Assembly: GCA_965248535.1 (NCBI GenBank)
Contig: CBDFJR010000002.1
Span: forward strand, 928,001 to 992,000
DNA from: Phormidesmis sp.
Lineage (GTDB): Bacteria > Cyanobacteriota > Cyanobacteriia > Leptolyngbyales > Leptolyngbyaceae
Reading direction: 5' to 3'
DNA: 64,000 bases
A model generated the notes under the pieces. The model did not search any database. It was not told where the DNA came from and saw only the letters and a program-made list of their open reading frames with translations. Positions 8,939 to 18,788 of the stretch are shown piece after piece. Each line of letters opens with the position of its first letter. Positions within the stretch are counted from its first letter, which is position 1. A program made the position numbers and the translations under genes.

Positions 8939-10288
8939 ATGATCACGCCTCGACCCGTCAACCCATTGAGCAAATTTGCCCCGATCGTGCTGACCCTCTC
9001 CCTTCTAGGTGGTTGCCGACCAGCAGAGCCACCAGCCGAGGCGGGTCAAGGGGTTCCGGTAAAAATTGCGGCGGTGGAATCGGCGATCGTAGACAACAGC
9101 GAAGGCTATGTGGCTTTTTTAGAATCGCGTCAGTCAGTTGAGCTTAAACCTCGCATTGAGGGGCAAATCTCCCGCATCTTCGTCAAAGCCGGAGACTCGG
9201 TGAAAGAAGGCGACGCGATCATGCAGATCGATCCGCGCAAACAGATTGCCTCAACTCAAGGTGTGGCCGCCTCGGCCGAGTCAGCCGCCGCGACTGTCGA
9301 AACGGCCCGATCGGGGGTTGCAACGGCTCAAGCCAATCTTGAAAACGCTAAAGCCACTCTCAAAACCTATCAAGCCGATCGCGTCGCTAGAGTTGCTGAT
9401 CTCAAGTTTAATCAAGAGCAATATCAGCGATTTAACCAACTCTATAAAGAGGGCGCTACAAATAAGCAGTTGCTCGATCAATACGGCAATTCGCTAGAGG
9501 CAGCGCAGGCTAATCTAGGCGCAGTCGATGCCCGCATTCAAGCCCAACGCGCAGAAGTGGCTTCTAAACAGTCTGAGATTGGCGCAAAACAGTCTGACAT
9601 TGCGCGCACCTCTAAGCTCTATCAGCAGGCTCAGGCAACCACTGACGAGCAAAACGTTGAACTGCAATTTTTTAAAATTTCGGCTCCTTTTGCGGGCACG
9701 ATCGGTGAAATTCCAATTAAAGAGGGTGACTTTGCCGACAAGACAACTAAATTGGCCACGCTGGCCCAAAACAGTCAGCTAGAAGCCAACATTCGCATCC
9801 CGACTGAGAAAGCCCCCCAACTGCGCGTCGGCACTCGCGTTGAGCTATTCAACGACAAAGGGCAAAAAGTGGGCAGCAGTCGCGTGTTTTTCATCTCGCC
9901 CAAAATTGACCAAGAGACGCAATCTGTGCAAATCAAAGCGCTAGTAGACAATTCGACTGAGCAACTCCGCACTAGCCAATACTACAAAGCCAAAGTCGTG
10001 TGGGAGCGCGCTCCCGGTATGCTGGTGCCGATCACGGCGATTTCTCGCATCGCTGGGCAAAACTTTGTCTATGTGGCCGAGCAGGGCGAAAAGAGTTTAG
10101 TAGCCAAACAAAAGCCGATCAAAGTTGGTGTGATTAGCGGCAACAATCAGCAGGTGACAGACGGACTCAAGCCTAGCGATAAAATCATCACGTCTGGCAT
10201 TCAAAAAATCGCCGACGGTGCCCCGATCGTGGATGAAGCCACGATCGCAGTTCCCAAAGAAAAACCGGAGGGCAAGCCTGCTTCCTAA
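8939..10288 (+). CDS. RND efflux periplasmic adaptor (MFP), lipoprotein
   Basis: ATG 8939 after GGAG; lipobox LLGGC; PRIEGQISRIFVKAGDSVKEG and ISAPFAGTIG lipoyl halves; long coiled coil. Confidence 0.9.
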   Translation: MITPRPVNPLSKFAPIVLTLSLLGGCRPAEPPAEAGQGVPVKIAAVESAIVDNSEGYVAFLESRQSVELKPRIEGQISRIFVKAGDSVKEGDAIMQIDPRKQIASTQGVAASAESAAATVETARSGVATAQANLENAKATLKTYQADRVARVADLKFNQEQYQRFNQLYKEGATNKQLLDQYGNSLEAAQANLGAVDARIQAQRAEVASKQSEIGAKQSDIARTSKLYQQAQATTDEQNVELQFFKISAPFAGTIGEIPIKEGDFADKTTKLATLAQNSQLEANIRIPTEKAPQLRVGTRVELFNDKGQKVGSSRVFFISPKIDQETQSVQIKALVDNSTEQLRTSQYYKAKVVWERAPGMLVPITAISRIAGQNFVYVAEQGEKSLVAKQKPIKVGVISGNNQQVTDGLKPSDKIITSGIQKIADGAPIVDEATIAVPKEKPEGKPAS

Positions 10289-10342
10289 TCTGTCTCAAGT
10301 GTCCATCCATCAAACCTTCACCCCCTCGCTCGGAGCAATTTT

Positions 10343-11023
10343 ATGAATCTTATCAACTCAGACTCTCAATTGCAGTCAACTGTGCTGGATGTGCCCAGCG
10401 CGATCAAGCAACGGCGATCGATCAAAGCCTTTAAGCCCGATGCGATTGCCCCAGAATTGCTTAAACAGTTAGTCGATTTAACGATCGCGGCACCGAGCAG
10501 CTATAACATTCAATCTTGGCGCATTGTTTTAGTGCAGGGTGACGCACCAAAAGCAGCCCTGACCGCAGCCTGTTGGAACCAGCAGCAAATTGCCCAAGCG
10601 CCCGTCACCTTTGTGTTTGCCGCCGATGCAACTGCTGGAGAAAGCGACCTCACACCCATCTATGAGCAAGGCATCGCCACCGGAGCTTGGACTCAAGGCA
10701 CCGTCGATTACTTCAAAACTGCCATTCCTCAACACCAAATCGGACTGGGCGACAAGCGACGAGAATATGCCATCAAAGACGCGATGATTGCCGCGACTCA
10801 TCTGACGTTAGCGGCTGAAAGTTTGGGCTTATCCACCTGCATGATGAATGGCTGGCTAGAAGATCAAGTGAAAGCCGTCATCGGGGCAGAGACTAATTTG
10901 GATTTGGCGATCGCCGTCGTTGTTCCCGTCGGCTATGCCGCCGAACCCCGCAAAGATCCTGGTCGCCTTCCCTACTCAGCTAACGTGTTTGTAGACAAAA
11001 TCGGCAATCCCTACCCCGGCTAG
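10343..11023 (+). CDS. Nitroreductase family protein (DrgA-like)
   Basis: AIKQRRSIKAF, APSSYNIQSWRIV, LAAESLGLSTCMMNG. Confidence 0.9.
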   Translation: MNLINSDSQLQSTVLDVPSAIKQRRSIKAFKPDAIAPELLKQLVDLTIAAPSSYNIQSWRIVLVQGDAPKAALTAACWNQQQIAQAPVTFVFAADATAGESDLTPIYEQGIATGAWTQGTVDYFKTAIPQHQIGLGDKRREYAIKDAMIAATHLTLAAESLGLSTCMMNGWLEDQVKAVIGAETNLDLAIAVVVPVGYAAEPRKDPGRLPYSANVFVDKIGNPYPG

Positions 11024-11061
11024 GCTGTTAGACTCCAGCAAATTCTATTGCTCAAAACCTT

Positions 11062-14000
11062 ATGTTTGTTGATTACTTTATTAAACGCCCCGTTCTCGCC
11101 AGCGTTTGTTCGCTGATTATCGTGATTGCAGGTGCAGTGAGTTTACCGTTGCTGCCCATTGAGCAATATCCCGATATCAGTCCTGTGCAAGTTGCCGTTA
11201 GCTCTGTCTATCAAGGTGCCAGTGCTGATGTCGTTGAAAAAACCGTTACAAGCGTTTTAGAACGGCAGATTAACGGGGTAGAGGGCATGAGATATCTGAC
11301 CTCTAAGAGCAGCAATGATGGCTCTAGTCAGATCACCGTCACCTTTGAGCCAGGGCGCAACAAAGATCTGGCGGCAGTAGACGTGCAAAACCGCGTTTCT
11401 CTGGCAGAGCCACAGCTGCCCGATACAGTGCGGCAAACGGGGGTGCGAGTCAGCAAACAATCTAGCTCGATCGTCCTAGGCATGGGCGTTTATGGCGACA
11501 AAGGGCAATATGACAACATCTTTTTGAGCAACTATGCAGACTTGTATGTGCTCGATCGCTTGCGGCGCATCAAAGGGGTTGGCAACGTGCAGCCCTTTGG
11601 CGAACGCCGCTACTCAATGCGAATCTGGCTTGACCCCACCAAAATGGCGAGTCGAGGATTATCGGCGCAAGATGTCGTGTCTGCCCTCCAAGAGCAAAAC
11701 TTGCAGGTTGGTGCCGGGCAGATTGGGCAACCGCCCAGCAAAGAAACTCAGATGTATCAAATCGATTTAATCGCGATCGGGCGATTGGTCGAAAAATCAG
11801 AGTTTGAAGACATCATCATCAAAACAGGAGCCGATGGTGCCCTTGTCAAGGTCAAAGATGTCGGCCGGGCAGAACTCGGCGCAGAAAGCTACACAAGTTT
11901 TTCGCGCTATAACGGCTTACCCTGCTTTGGTATGGGCATTAATCAACTCCCCGGCAGCAACGCCCTAGAGGTTGCCCACGCCGTTAAAGAAGAGATGAAA
12001 TTGCTGTCAAAAGAATTTCCGGCGGGCATGACCTATTCCATTCCCTATGACCCGACGGTGTTTGTTGAAGAGTCTCGCAAAGAGGTGATCAAAACCCTCT
12101 ATGAAGCAATCTTGCTCGTGGTGTTTGTGATTTTCATCTTCATTCAAGATTGGCGGGCAACGCTGATTCCAGCGATTACGATTCCCGTTTCACTGATTGG
12201 CACCTTCGCATTCATGAAGGTGTTTGACTTCACATTCAACAGCCTGAGTTTGTTCGGCATCACGCTAGCCACAGGCTTAGTCGTAGACGACGCAATTATC
12301 GTGATCGAAAACATCGATCGCTTGATGAAAGAGCAGAATCTGCCTCCTCTAGAAGCCGCATCTGCTGCGATGAAAGAAGTGACGGGAGCGGTGATCGCGA
12401 CTTCGTTAGTCTTAATGGCGGTGTTTGTGCCCGTGGCGTTTTTTCCGGGCACGACAGGACAGCTTTATAAACAGTTTGCGCTGACGATCGCGTTCTCAGT
12501 TGCCATCTCTACGTTTAATGCGCTGACGTTTACGCCTGCGCTCTCGGCGCTATTGCTGCGCGGTGATGAACCTCATAATTGGTTCTTTGATGCGGTCAAC
12601 AAAGGCATCAACGCCATTCGTGCCACCTATGCGCGATTTTTATCCGTCGTGGTGAGGCTAAAGTATGTGGTGTTAGCGATATTTGTCGCCTCTTTGGGGC
12701 TGACAGGGTGGGTCTACCTGCATACACCCACTGCCTTTCTACCAGAAGAAGATCAGGGCTATTTTATTAACGTCATTCAAGGGCCAGAAGGCACATCGAT
12801 TAATTACACGCGCAACGTGATCGCTCAAGTCGAGAAAACGGTGCAGATGATCAAAGAAGAAGTCGCAGGAACTTTTGCGCTAGGCGGCTTTAGCACTGTG
12901 AGCGGCAACACGGCTAACAATGGCGTGATGTTCGTGCCGCTTAAGCCGTGGGATGAACGGCGTAAACCGGAACAAGCCTCTACTGCATTGATTTCTAAAG
13001 TGCGCGGAGCCTTACTAGGCGGCATTTCTGACGCGGTGGTCATTCCCATTAATCCACCCACGATTCAGGGGTTGGGAAGCGTCGGCGGCTTCACTTTTGA
13101 GCTTCAAGATCGGGGCAGCAATGGCATCGAAAAACTGGTCGCCGCTAAAGAAGCGTTAGTGGCTAAAGCCAATCAACAACCTCAGCTTAAAGGCGTATTC
13201 ACCACATTCTCGGCGAATATGCCCCAGTTCAAAATCGATGTCGATCGCAACAAAGCCAAAGCCCTCGACATTCCCCTATCGGAGATTTTCAACACGCTGC
13301 AAACCTTTCTGGGCGGGCGCTATGTGAACGATTTCAACCTGTTTGAGCGCAGCTATCGCGTCTATGTCCAAGCTGACGAACAGTTTCGATCGAACCCTCA
13401 AGACATCGGCTTGCTGCAAGTGCGATCGAACAAAGGACAAATGGTGCCGTTGACCAACTTAGTTACTCTCACTCCAACCACAGGCGCGCAGACGATCAAT
13501 CACTATAATCTGTTTCGCTCGATCGAGATCAACGGCGTAGCGGCTCCGGGGTTCAGTTCTGGTGAGGCGATCAAAGCGATGGAACGCGCTGCAACCGAGG
13601 CGCTACCCAAGGATATGGGCTTTGAGTGGTCAGGCATCTCACTAGAGGAGTTAACCTCTGGCGGTCAGGCTCCGATTATTTTTGGGCTGGGCTTGGTGCT
13701 GGTGTTTCTCGTGTTGGCGGCTCAATATGAGAACTATGTTGACCCGGTAGTAATTTTGCTGTCGGTGCCGCTGGCGGTTTTGGGGGCACTGGTGGCGCAG
13801 AATATTCGTGGCTTTGCCAACGATGTCTATTGTCAGATTGGGCTGGTGATGTTGATTGGTTTGGCGAGTAAAAACGCGATTCTGATTGTTGAGTTTGCTA
13901 ACCAACTGCGGGAGAAAGGATTGTCGGTGACTCAGGCAGCGATCGAGTCTTCAAAAGCCCGATTGCGCCCGATTTTGATGACCTCGTTTGCCTTTATTTT

Positions 14001-14217
14001 GGGACTGATGCCGATGGTGTTTGCGAGTGGCGCAGGTGCTGTCAGTCGTCAATCTTTGGGCACAGCAGTCAACGGCGGAATGCTAGTTTCGACCTTCTTA
14101 AGTCTGTTTATTGTTCCGGTGCTCTATATCGTGATTGTTGGGCTGCAAGAGCGAATTCAAAAGCGGCTGGGTCACGGGCGTGAGGTTAGAACAGCGATCG
14201 AGGAACCCAAACTCTGA
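11062..14217 (+). CDS. HAE1/AcrB-family RND efflux permease
   Basis: MFVDYFIKRPVLA, EQYPDISP, GLVVDDAIIVIEN, KNAILIVEFA, RLRPILMTS. Confidence 0.95.
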   Translation: MFVDYFIKRPVLASVCSLIIVIAGAVSLPLLPIEQYPDISPVQVAVSSVYQGASADVVEKTVTSVLERQINGVEGMRYLTSKSSNDGSSQITVTFEPGRNKDLAAVDVQNRVSLAEPQLPDTVRQTGVRVSKQSSSIVLGMGVYGDKGQYDNIFLSNYADLYVLDRLRRIKGVGNVQPFGERRYSMRIWLDPTKMASRGLSAQDVVSALQEQNLQVGAGQIGQPPSKETQMYQIDLIAIGRLVEKSEFEDIIIKTGADGALVKVKDVGRAELGAESYTSFSRYNGLPCFGMGINQLPGSNALEVAHAVKEEMKLLSKEFPAGMTYSIPYDPTVFVEESRKEVIKTLYEAILLVVFVIFIFIQDWRATLIPAITIPVSLIGTFAFMKVFDFTFNSLSLFGITLATGLVVDDAIIVIENIDRLMKEQNLPPLEAASAAMKEVTGAVIATSLVLMAVFVPVAFFPGTTGQLYKQFALTIAFSVAISTFNALTFTPALSALLLRGDEPHNWFFDAVNKGINAIRATYARFLSVVVRLKYVVLAIFVASLGLTGWVYLHTPTAFLPEEDQGYFINVIQGPEGTSINYTRNVIAQVEKTVQMIKEEVAGTFALGGFSTVSGNTANNGVMFVPLKPWDERRKPEQASTALISKVRGALLGGISDAVVIPINPPTIQGLGSVGGFTFELQDRGSNGIEKLVAAKEALVAKANQQPQLKGVFTTFSANMPQFKIDVDRNKAKALDIPLSEIFNTLQTFLGGRYVNDFNLFERSYRVYVQADEQFRSNPQDIGLLQVRSNKGQMVPLTNLVTLTPTTGAQTINHYNLFRSIEINGVAAPGFSSGEAIKAMERAATEALPKDMGFEWSGISLEELTSGGQAPIIFGLGLVLVFLVLAAQYENYVDPVVILLSVPLAVLGALVAQNIRGFANDVYCQIGLVMLIGLASKNAILIVEFANQLREKGLSVTQAAIESSKARLRPILMTSFAFILGLMPMVFASGAGAVSRQSLGTAVNGGMLVSTFLSLFIVPVLYIVIVGLQERIQKRLGHGREVRTAIEEPKL

Positions 14218-14270
14218 AATCGACATAACCAAGTGCTAGGATTTCATCAACTCGATTTGGTGAAATCGTC

Positions 14271-14522
14271 ATGAAAATTCAACAAATTCTCGATCGTCAA
14301 GGGGTTGTTTACACCGATCCAGAAATTATGAGTGGAGTTCCTGTCTTCGTTGGCACACGAGTTCCTTTGCAAACGTTTTTTGATTACCTAGAAGGTGAAT
14401 CAGGTTTAGCTGAGTTTCTGGAAGATTTTCCCCATCTAAAAACACCAGCATTGCAAGTTTTGGAAGCGATCGCGAGAGCGGTGCTAAATCATAGTACTCT
14501 CTTTAACCTAAGCAATGGTTGA
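14271..14522 (+). CDS. DUF433 family protein (putative antitoxin)
   Basis: DPEIMSGVPVFVGTRVPLQTFFDYLEG..LAEFLEDFPHL. Confidence 0.85.
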   Translation: MKIQQILDRQGVVYTDPEIMSGVPVFVGTRVPLQTFFDYLEGESGLAEFLEDFPHLKTPALQVLEAIARAVLNHSTLFNLSNG

Positions 14523-14612
14523 CTTTCATGAATCAACCAATCGAAGATCGATCACATCGATGGATGTTGGGTCTTCTCGCGTCAATCTAATCTGCGGTGC
14601 AGGGCGATCGCT

Positions 14613-16703
14613 CTACAAACAAACGCCAAAAACGCATATCTTGGGAGGCTTGATGATCTCGCCAATCGGCTTCAGGGTCGGAATCTTCAATCCTGGGAAC
14701 AGTTGCTTGACAACATCGATATAGCCGTTGACTTCTGCGGTAGCGCGAGCAAACTCAGAGAAGCCAGAGAAGCCAACATCAAAGATGCAGCCTTCCATCA
14801 AATCTTGGGTCACATTTGCCTCTGTGCAGGCATTCTGTGCTTTTTGGATCTGGTCAGCAGACAGCATATTGAGCGTTAAGTATTTGTCTGGAAAAGCAGG
14901 ATCGACATAGTTTTTGGTGGTTTTGCCTGCTGGATAATCGAACAAGGATTCTTCTTGTTTGACGCGCCAGCTATTACCAAACTCCTTGTAAAGTTGGTCG
15001 AAATAAAGCTTTTCGGCTCCACTCAGCGCCCCTGGAATTCTCAAACCAGCGAAACTTAGGACTTGCTTCACATCGCCATAAGTTGATTTGGAGTCCAAAG
15101 AGTTTTCTTTGCCGCGAATCCTTTGGTCATCATTGGGATTGCCATTGACATTTCCAAGCAAACCGTTATATTTTCCTGCTCGGTTATAGACAAAGGGTGA
15201 AACGTTAAAGTATGAATTTCCCCCAGCACTGATTGGGCTAACTATGACCTTTTCACCTGTAGAAAAATTAACCACGTAAGCATTCCCTTGTTTCAAGATC
15301 TCACCATCACCTGGCAAATCTAGTTTATTACCTTGAATTGTCGTCGGGTTACCATTCACCCGTAGAGGCGTGCTGATATCCGCATCGGGAAAATCTTTTG
15401 AATACAAAGCAACGCGGGTGCTTCCCACTCTCATCGCTACGGCACTATTGAGTGAAAGAGAAGATCTAACAGGGGCTTGTCGAGTTTGAACTTCAAATGC
15501 ACCATCGTTGGACTTTGATAAGATGAATTCTCCTACTGTTTGAAAGCTGTATCTCATGCCATCAAACGTGGCGATATGCGGGTCACCGTAGCTTTTTCCT
15601 GCTTTCAGTTTGCACTCTTCACTATTTTGATTGTTTTCGGTTTTACATGGGTCTTCCTTTTTTTTGCAAGGTGCTGACACGCCGTATTCGTCTCGAAACT
15701 TGTCTAGCTTGTCACCTAATGAAGCCTGTTTTGCTGCCGCTTCTTCTAACCTGTCGTATGATTTCTTGACAGCATCATCCAAGACACCACTTCCTCGCAT
15801 TGGCCCTAGTAATCCAAGTGCTTTCCCATACGGTTTCGATGCAGAAGGAATCACTTGAAGCCCTCCTACAAGACCGACACAAGCTGATCCATATATTAAG
15901 AAACCGAAATCAACAAGTTCCAGTACGGGTAACACTGCCGCAGTAGCAGCTAAACCCCAAGGAGTAAGGCCAGCCCAACTCATGATTGAGATTTGAGACC
16001 ATGCAAGGCTATTACTCATATCATCAACAGTTGCACAGAAGCGTCTTGCAGTTCCACAGAAACCAGATTCCGATTCTTTTTCGCTACTTTTATTACTACT
16101 TTCGCTTCTAGGATTTATATCCCTAGGCAAATCTGATTTTAGGTTATTTGGTAGATTAACTTTATGAGTTTCACTTTTTCCAGAGCCATCATCATATGTA
16201 AATTGATACTCCTCACCTGAAAAACCACCAGTATAAGTTTTAATCTTTCCACCTGGGTAAGTACTTATTATTTGTATTCCCCTTCCTGGCTTATTTTTTA
16301 CCTGATGTTTGACACTACCGTTTTTCGTGTCTTCAATAATTGTTACGCCATTCCCCTTTTCATCAATACGACTGATAAAAGAGTTGCCACAAGATTTCTT
16401 ATTGTTAGCAATATACTCAATGTTGTCAGGAAGAGGTTTTCCATCTACATTTCTCGCGTTTAGAATTATTTTGCATCCTTCTGGAGTGGTTGATGATATT
16501 GCTCCAGAGTTCAGTGCAAGCATCCGATTTGGTGGTACCGTTGCATTGACGGTTTCGCCCCAGTTTAAGAAACTATAACAACTCGCCGAGTTAAAGCTAA
16601 GAATCCCGCACAGTAGGAAAGCGATCGCTTTCCGCCAGAAAACAGCGTTCACTACAAAGAGAGACGTAATGAGCGCAATAAAAATAAATCTTAACTGTCG
16701 CAT
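14613..16703 (-). CDS. Secreted/membrane VWD-domain protein with GDPH motif
   Basis: N-terminal hydrophobic segments; SYGDPHIATFDG..YSFQTVGEFIL..FEVQTRQ; GLLGN.NGNPNDD; FGNSWRV..SLFDY; ACTEA..EGCIFDV. Confidence 0.8.
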   Translation of the reverse strand: MRQLRFIFIALITSLFVVNAVFWRKAIAFLLCGILSFNSASCYSFLNWGETVNATVPPNRMLALNSGAISSTTPEGCKIILNARNVDGKPLPDNIEYIANNKKSCGNSFISRIDEKGNGVTIIEDTKNGSVKHQVKNKPGRGIQIISTYPGGKIKTYTGGFSGEEYQFTYDDGSGKSETHKVNLPNNLKSDLPRDINPRSESSNKSSEKESESGFCGTARRFCATVDDMSNSLAWSQISIMSWAGLTPWGLAATAAVLPVLELVDFGFLIYGSACVGLVGGLQVIPSASKPYGKALGLLGPMRGSGVLDDAVKKSYDRLEEAAAKQASLGDKLDKFRDEYGVSAPCKKKEDPCKTENNQNSEECKLKAGKSYGDPHIATFDGMRYSFQTVGEFILSKSNDGAFEVQTRQAPVRSSLSLNSAVAMRVGSTRVALYSKDFPDADISTPLRVNGNPTTIQGNKLDLPGDGEILKQGNAYVVNFSTGEKVIVSPISAGGNSYFNVSPFVYNRAGKYNGLLGNVNGNPNDDQRIRGKENSLDSKSTYGDVKQVLSFAGLRIPGALSGAEKLYFDQLYKEFGNSWRVKQEESLFDYPAGKTTKNYVDPAFPDKYLTLNMLSADQIQKAQNACTEANVTQDLMEGCIFDVGFSGFSEFARATAEVNGYIDVVKQLFPGLKIPTLKPIGEIIKPPKICVFGVCL

Positions 16704-16889
16704 AATTAGAACCTGCTGAGGCGGCACAACGAACTAACATTCAGCGATAGAATATCATGCGACTTTGGAGATAGTCAGTGATTTTACAGATTTTTTCAGA
16801 AACTTTATATATTTTTATAACGAATGGGAGTTTATTCTTACGCAAGTTCACTAGTTCGATCGGGTCTTTTTTGGGTGCCTAATTCTCGC

Positions 16890-18597
16890 TCACGGCTTGC
16901 GATTGACCTGGAGCCAGATTTCTAACGTGACCAGCAGCCAGAGTTTTAAGCCATATCGGTGCCCGTCTCGGCGATCGTCGAGCCAATCTCGAATCAAAGC
17001 CTGATTTAAGTAGGGCGCGATCGCTGCTCTCTTGTTAAGCAATAAAGCTCTAGTTCGGCGGTGCCATTGGCTGCGAAACCACTGCTGCATGGACATGATC
17101 ATGCCGCTTTTGGGACGGTTGAGGATCGCGTCAGGCAACAAATCAGCGACAGCAGACTTCAAAACGGCTTTTTCTTGCGCTCCTGAAAGCTTGTATTGAG
17201 GCGGAATTTGCAAACTCAGTTCGACCATGCGCGCATCAAAAAGCGGCGATCGTCCCTGCACTCCGGCGGCTTGAGTCAAGATTGTTGACTTTTGTGAGAA
17301 TGTAGTCTGCTCCTTTGAAGTTAATGTTGAGCAACATCAATCGATTCAGATAGGTTTGATGATCGGATTGCAGCCCGATCGTAAACACCGATGGAACGGA
17401 GGCGATCTCATGATAGATTTCTGGCTTTAACAACTGAGGCAAGTCTAAAAAACACTTTTGAAACGAAGTTAAATACGCTGAAGTAACGTCATAGTTAACG
17501 GATTCGACAACAGAACCGTAAAGATTATTTAACAGCATCGGCTTATTTTTAGGGCCCGCAAAACAGGGATCTCCGCCCTCACCGTTGAGAATCACACCCA
17601 CCGATCGGCGGGCGGCTTGTCCCAAAATTAGGTTAGGAACGGTCAATCCTTCCCCGATCGGGTCATCTAAACAAGCCAGCGTTTCGGGTAGCTGTTGCCA
17701 AATTGTTTCTGGGGAGATCTCTAAGATGTGATGCTCGGTTTGGCAGTGAGCGGCCACCAGATTAGCAAACTCTAACTCATGGGGATAGTTAGAACCAAAG
17801 TGCATCGAGTAGGTGTGAACCGGACGATCGTGCAGTTTTTTGGCCAGCGCCACAATGCAGCTAGAGTCGATGCCGCCCGATAGATAAGCGCCGACAGGCT
17901 GATCAACCGGGAGCGATTCTTGAACAATTTGTTCTAACAGCGATCGCACTTGTTTGCCATGCCATTCTAAAGATTGTTCCTCGTTGCAGATCTGTTCTTG
18001 GGGTTGCCAGTAGGTTTGTAGGTGATCATCGGGCATTCTCAAAACGGTTCCCGGACGCAGTTCTTTCACGTCTCGCCACAGGGTTTGACTGCCCGGCACA
18101 AACGCGCAGCAGAGATAATCGCGCAGAGCAACCAGATCAAGTTCATCTGATCGATAGGGGGTGAGCGATCGTAGCTTCAGCGAGATCCAGCGAGTCGTTC
18201 CATTAATAGTGTAGTAGAGAGTTTTAGACCCCACGCGATCGCGCCCTAACCAAAGTTCTTGTCGTTCTCGATCCCAGACCGCAAAAGCAAACATTCCTTG
18301 CAGCAACGTCAGCGTTTCGACCTGATAGTGCTGCCACAACTGCGCTACTAGTTCGAGGTCGGTGAGAATTGGGACTGTTCCCTCTAATTTTTTGAACAAA
18401 TCACTGCGATTGATTAACCACACATCGCCTACAATCACAAATCTCTGGTTTGGGGTCAGAGTCGGCGACCCATTGACCACCGCAAACCGAGCATCAGACC
18501 AGCTAACGGCTCCTGGCAAGTGCTCATAGTTCCACGCTATCAACCAGCCTGGGGCGGCAGCTAGGGGCGGCGAAGCGATCGGACGAGGAAATAGCAA
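16890..18597 (-). pseudogene. Asparagine synthase-like ATP pyrophosphatase, split by a +1 frameshift near 17277 (pseudogene or sequencing error)
   Basis: GMFAFAVWD, RDRVG.K.LYY, YLSGGIDSS, LNGEGGD in 17236-18597; C-terminal RSPLFD..K.VLK.AV..LLPDAILNRPKSG in 16890-17279; removing one base in AATCTTGACTCAA joins the frames. Confidence 0.75.
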
Positions 18598-18662
18598 AGC
18601 AAGAATCGGCAGAAAGGTTTGTCTGTCATGCTACTCGCAAGCGGCAGAATCAACAACTCCTC

Positions 18663-18696
18663 CAGATTTCCGACTTCTCTGAAAAGTCGGAAATCT
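18663..18696. repeat. Intergenic inverted repeat
   Basis: AGATTTCCGACTT-N-AAGTCGGAAATCT perfect 13-bp arms between divergent genes. Confidence 0.6.
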
Positions 18697-18788
18697 TAAA
18701 CCTTTCGCGTGCAGGAAATCATTCTGTTCGTGATCCTCCGATCGTCAGTGCGGTTACAATAAATCGATAGTTTCATAGGAACTGAGTT

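Noticed and set aside
16890..18700. Lasso peptide gene cluster
   Set aside because: No precursor, B1/B2 protein or transporter next to the AsnB-like gene
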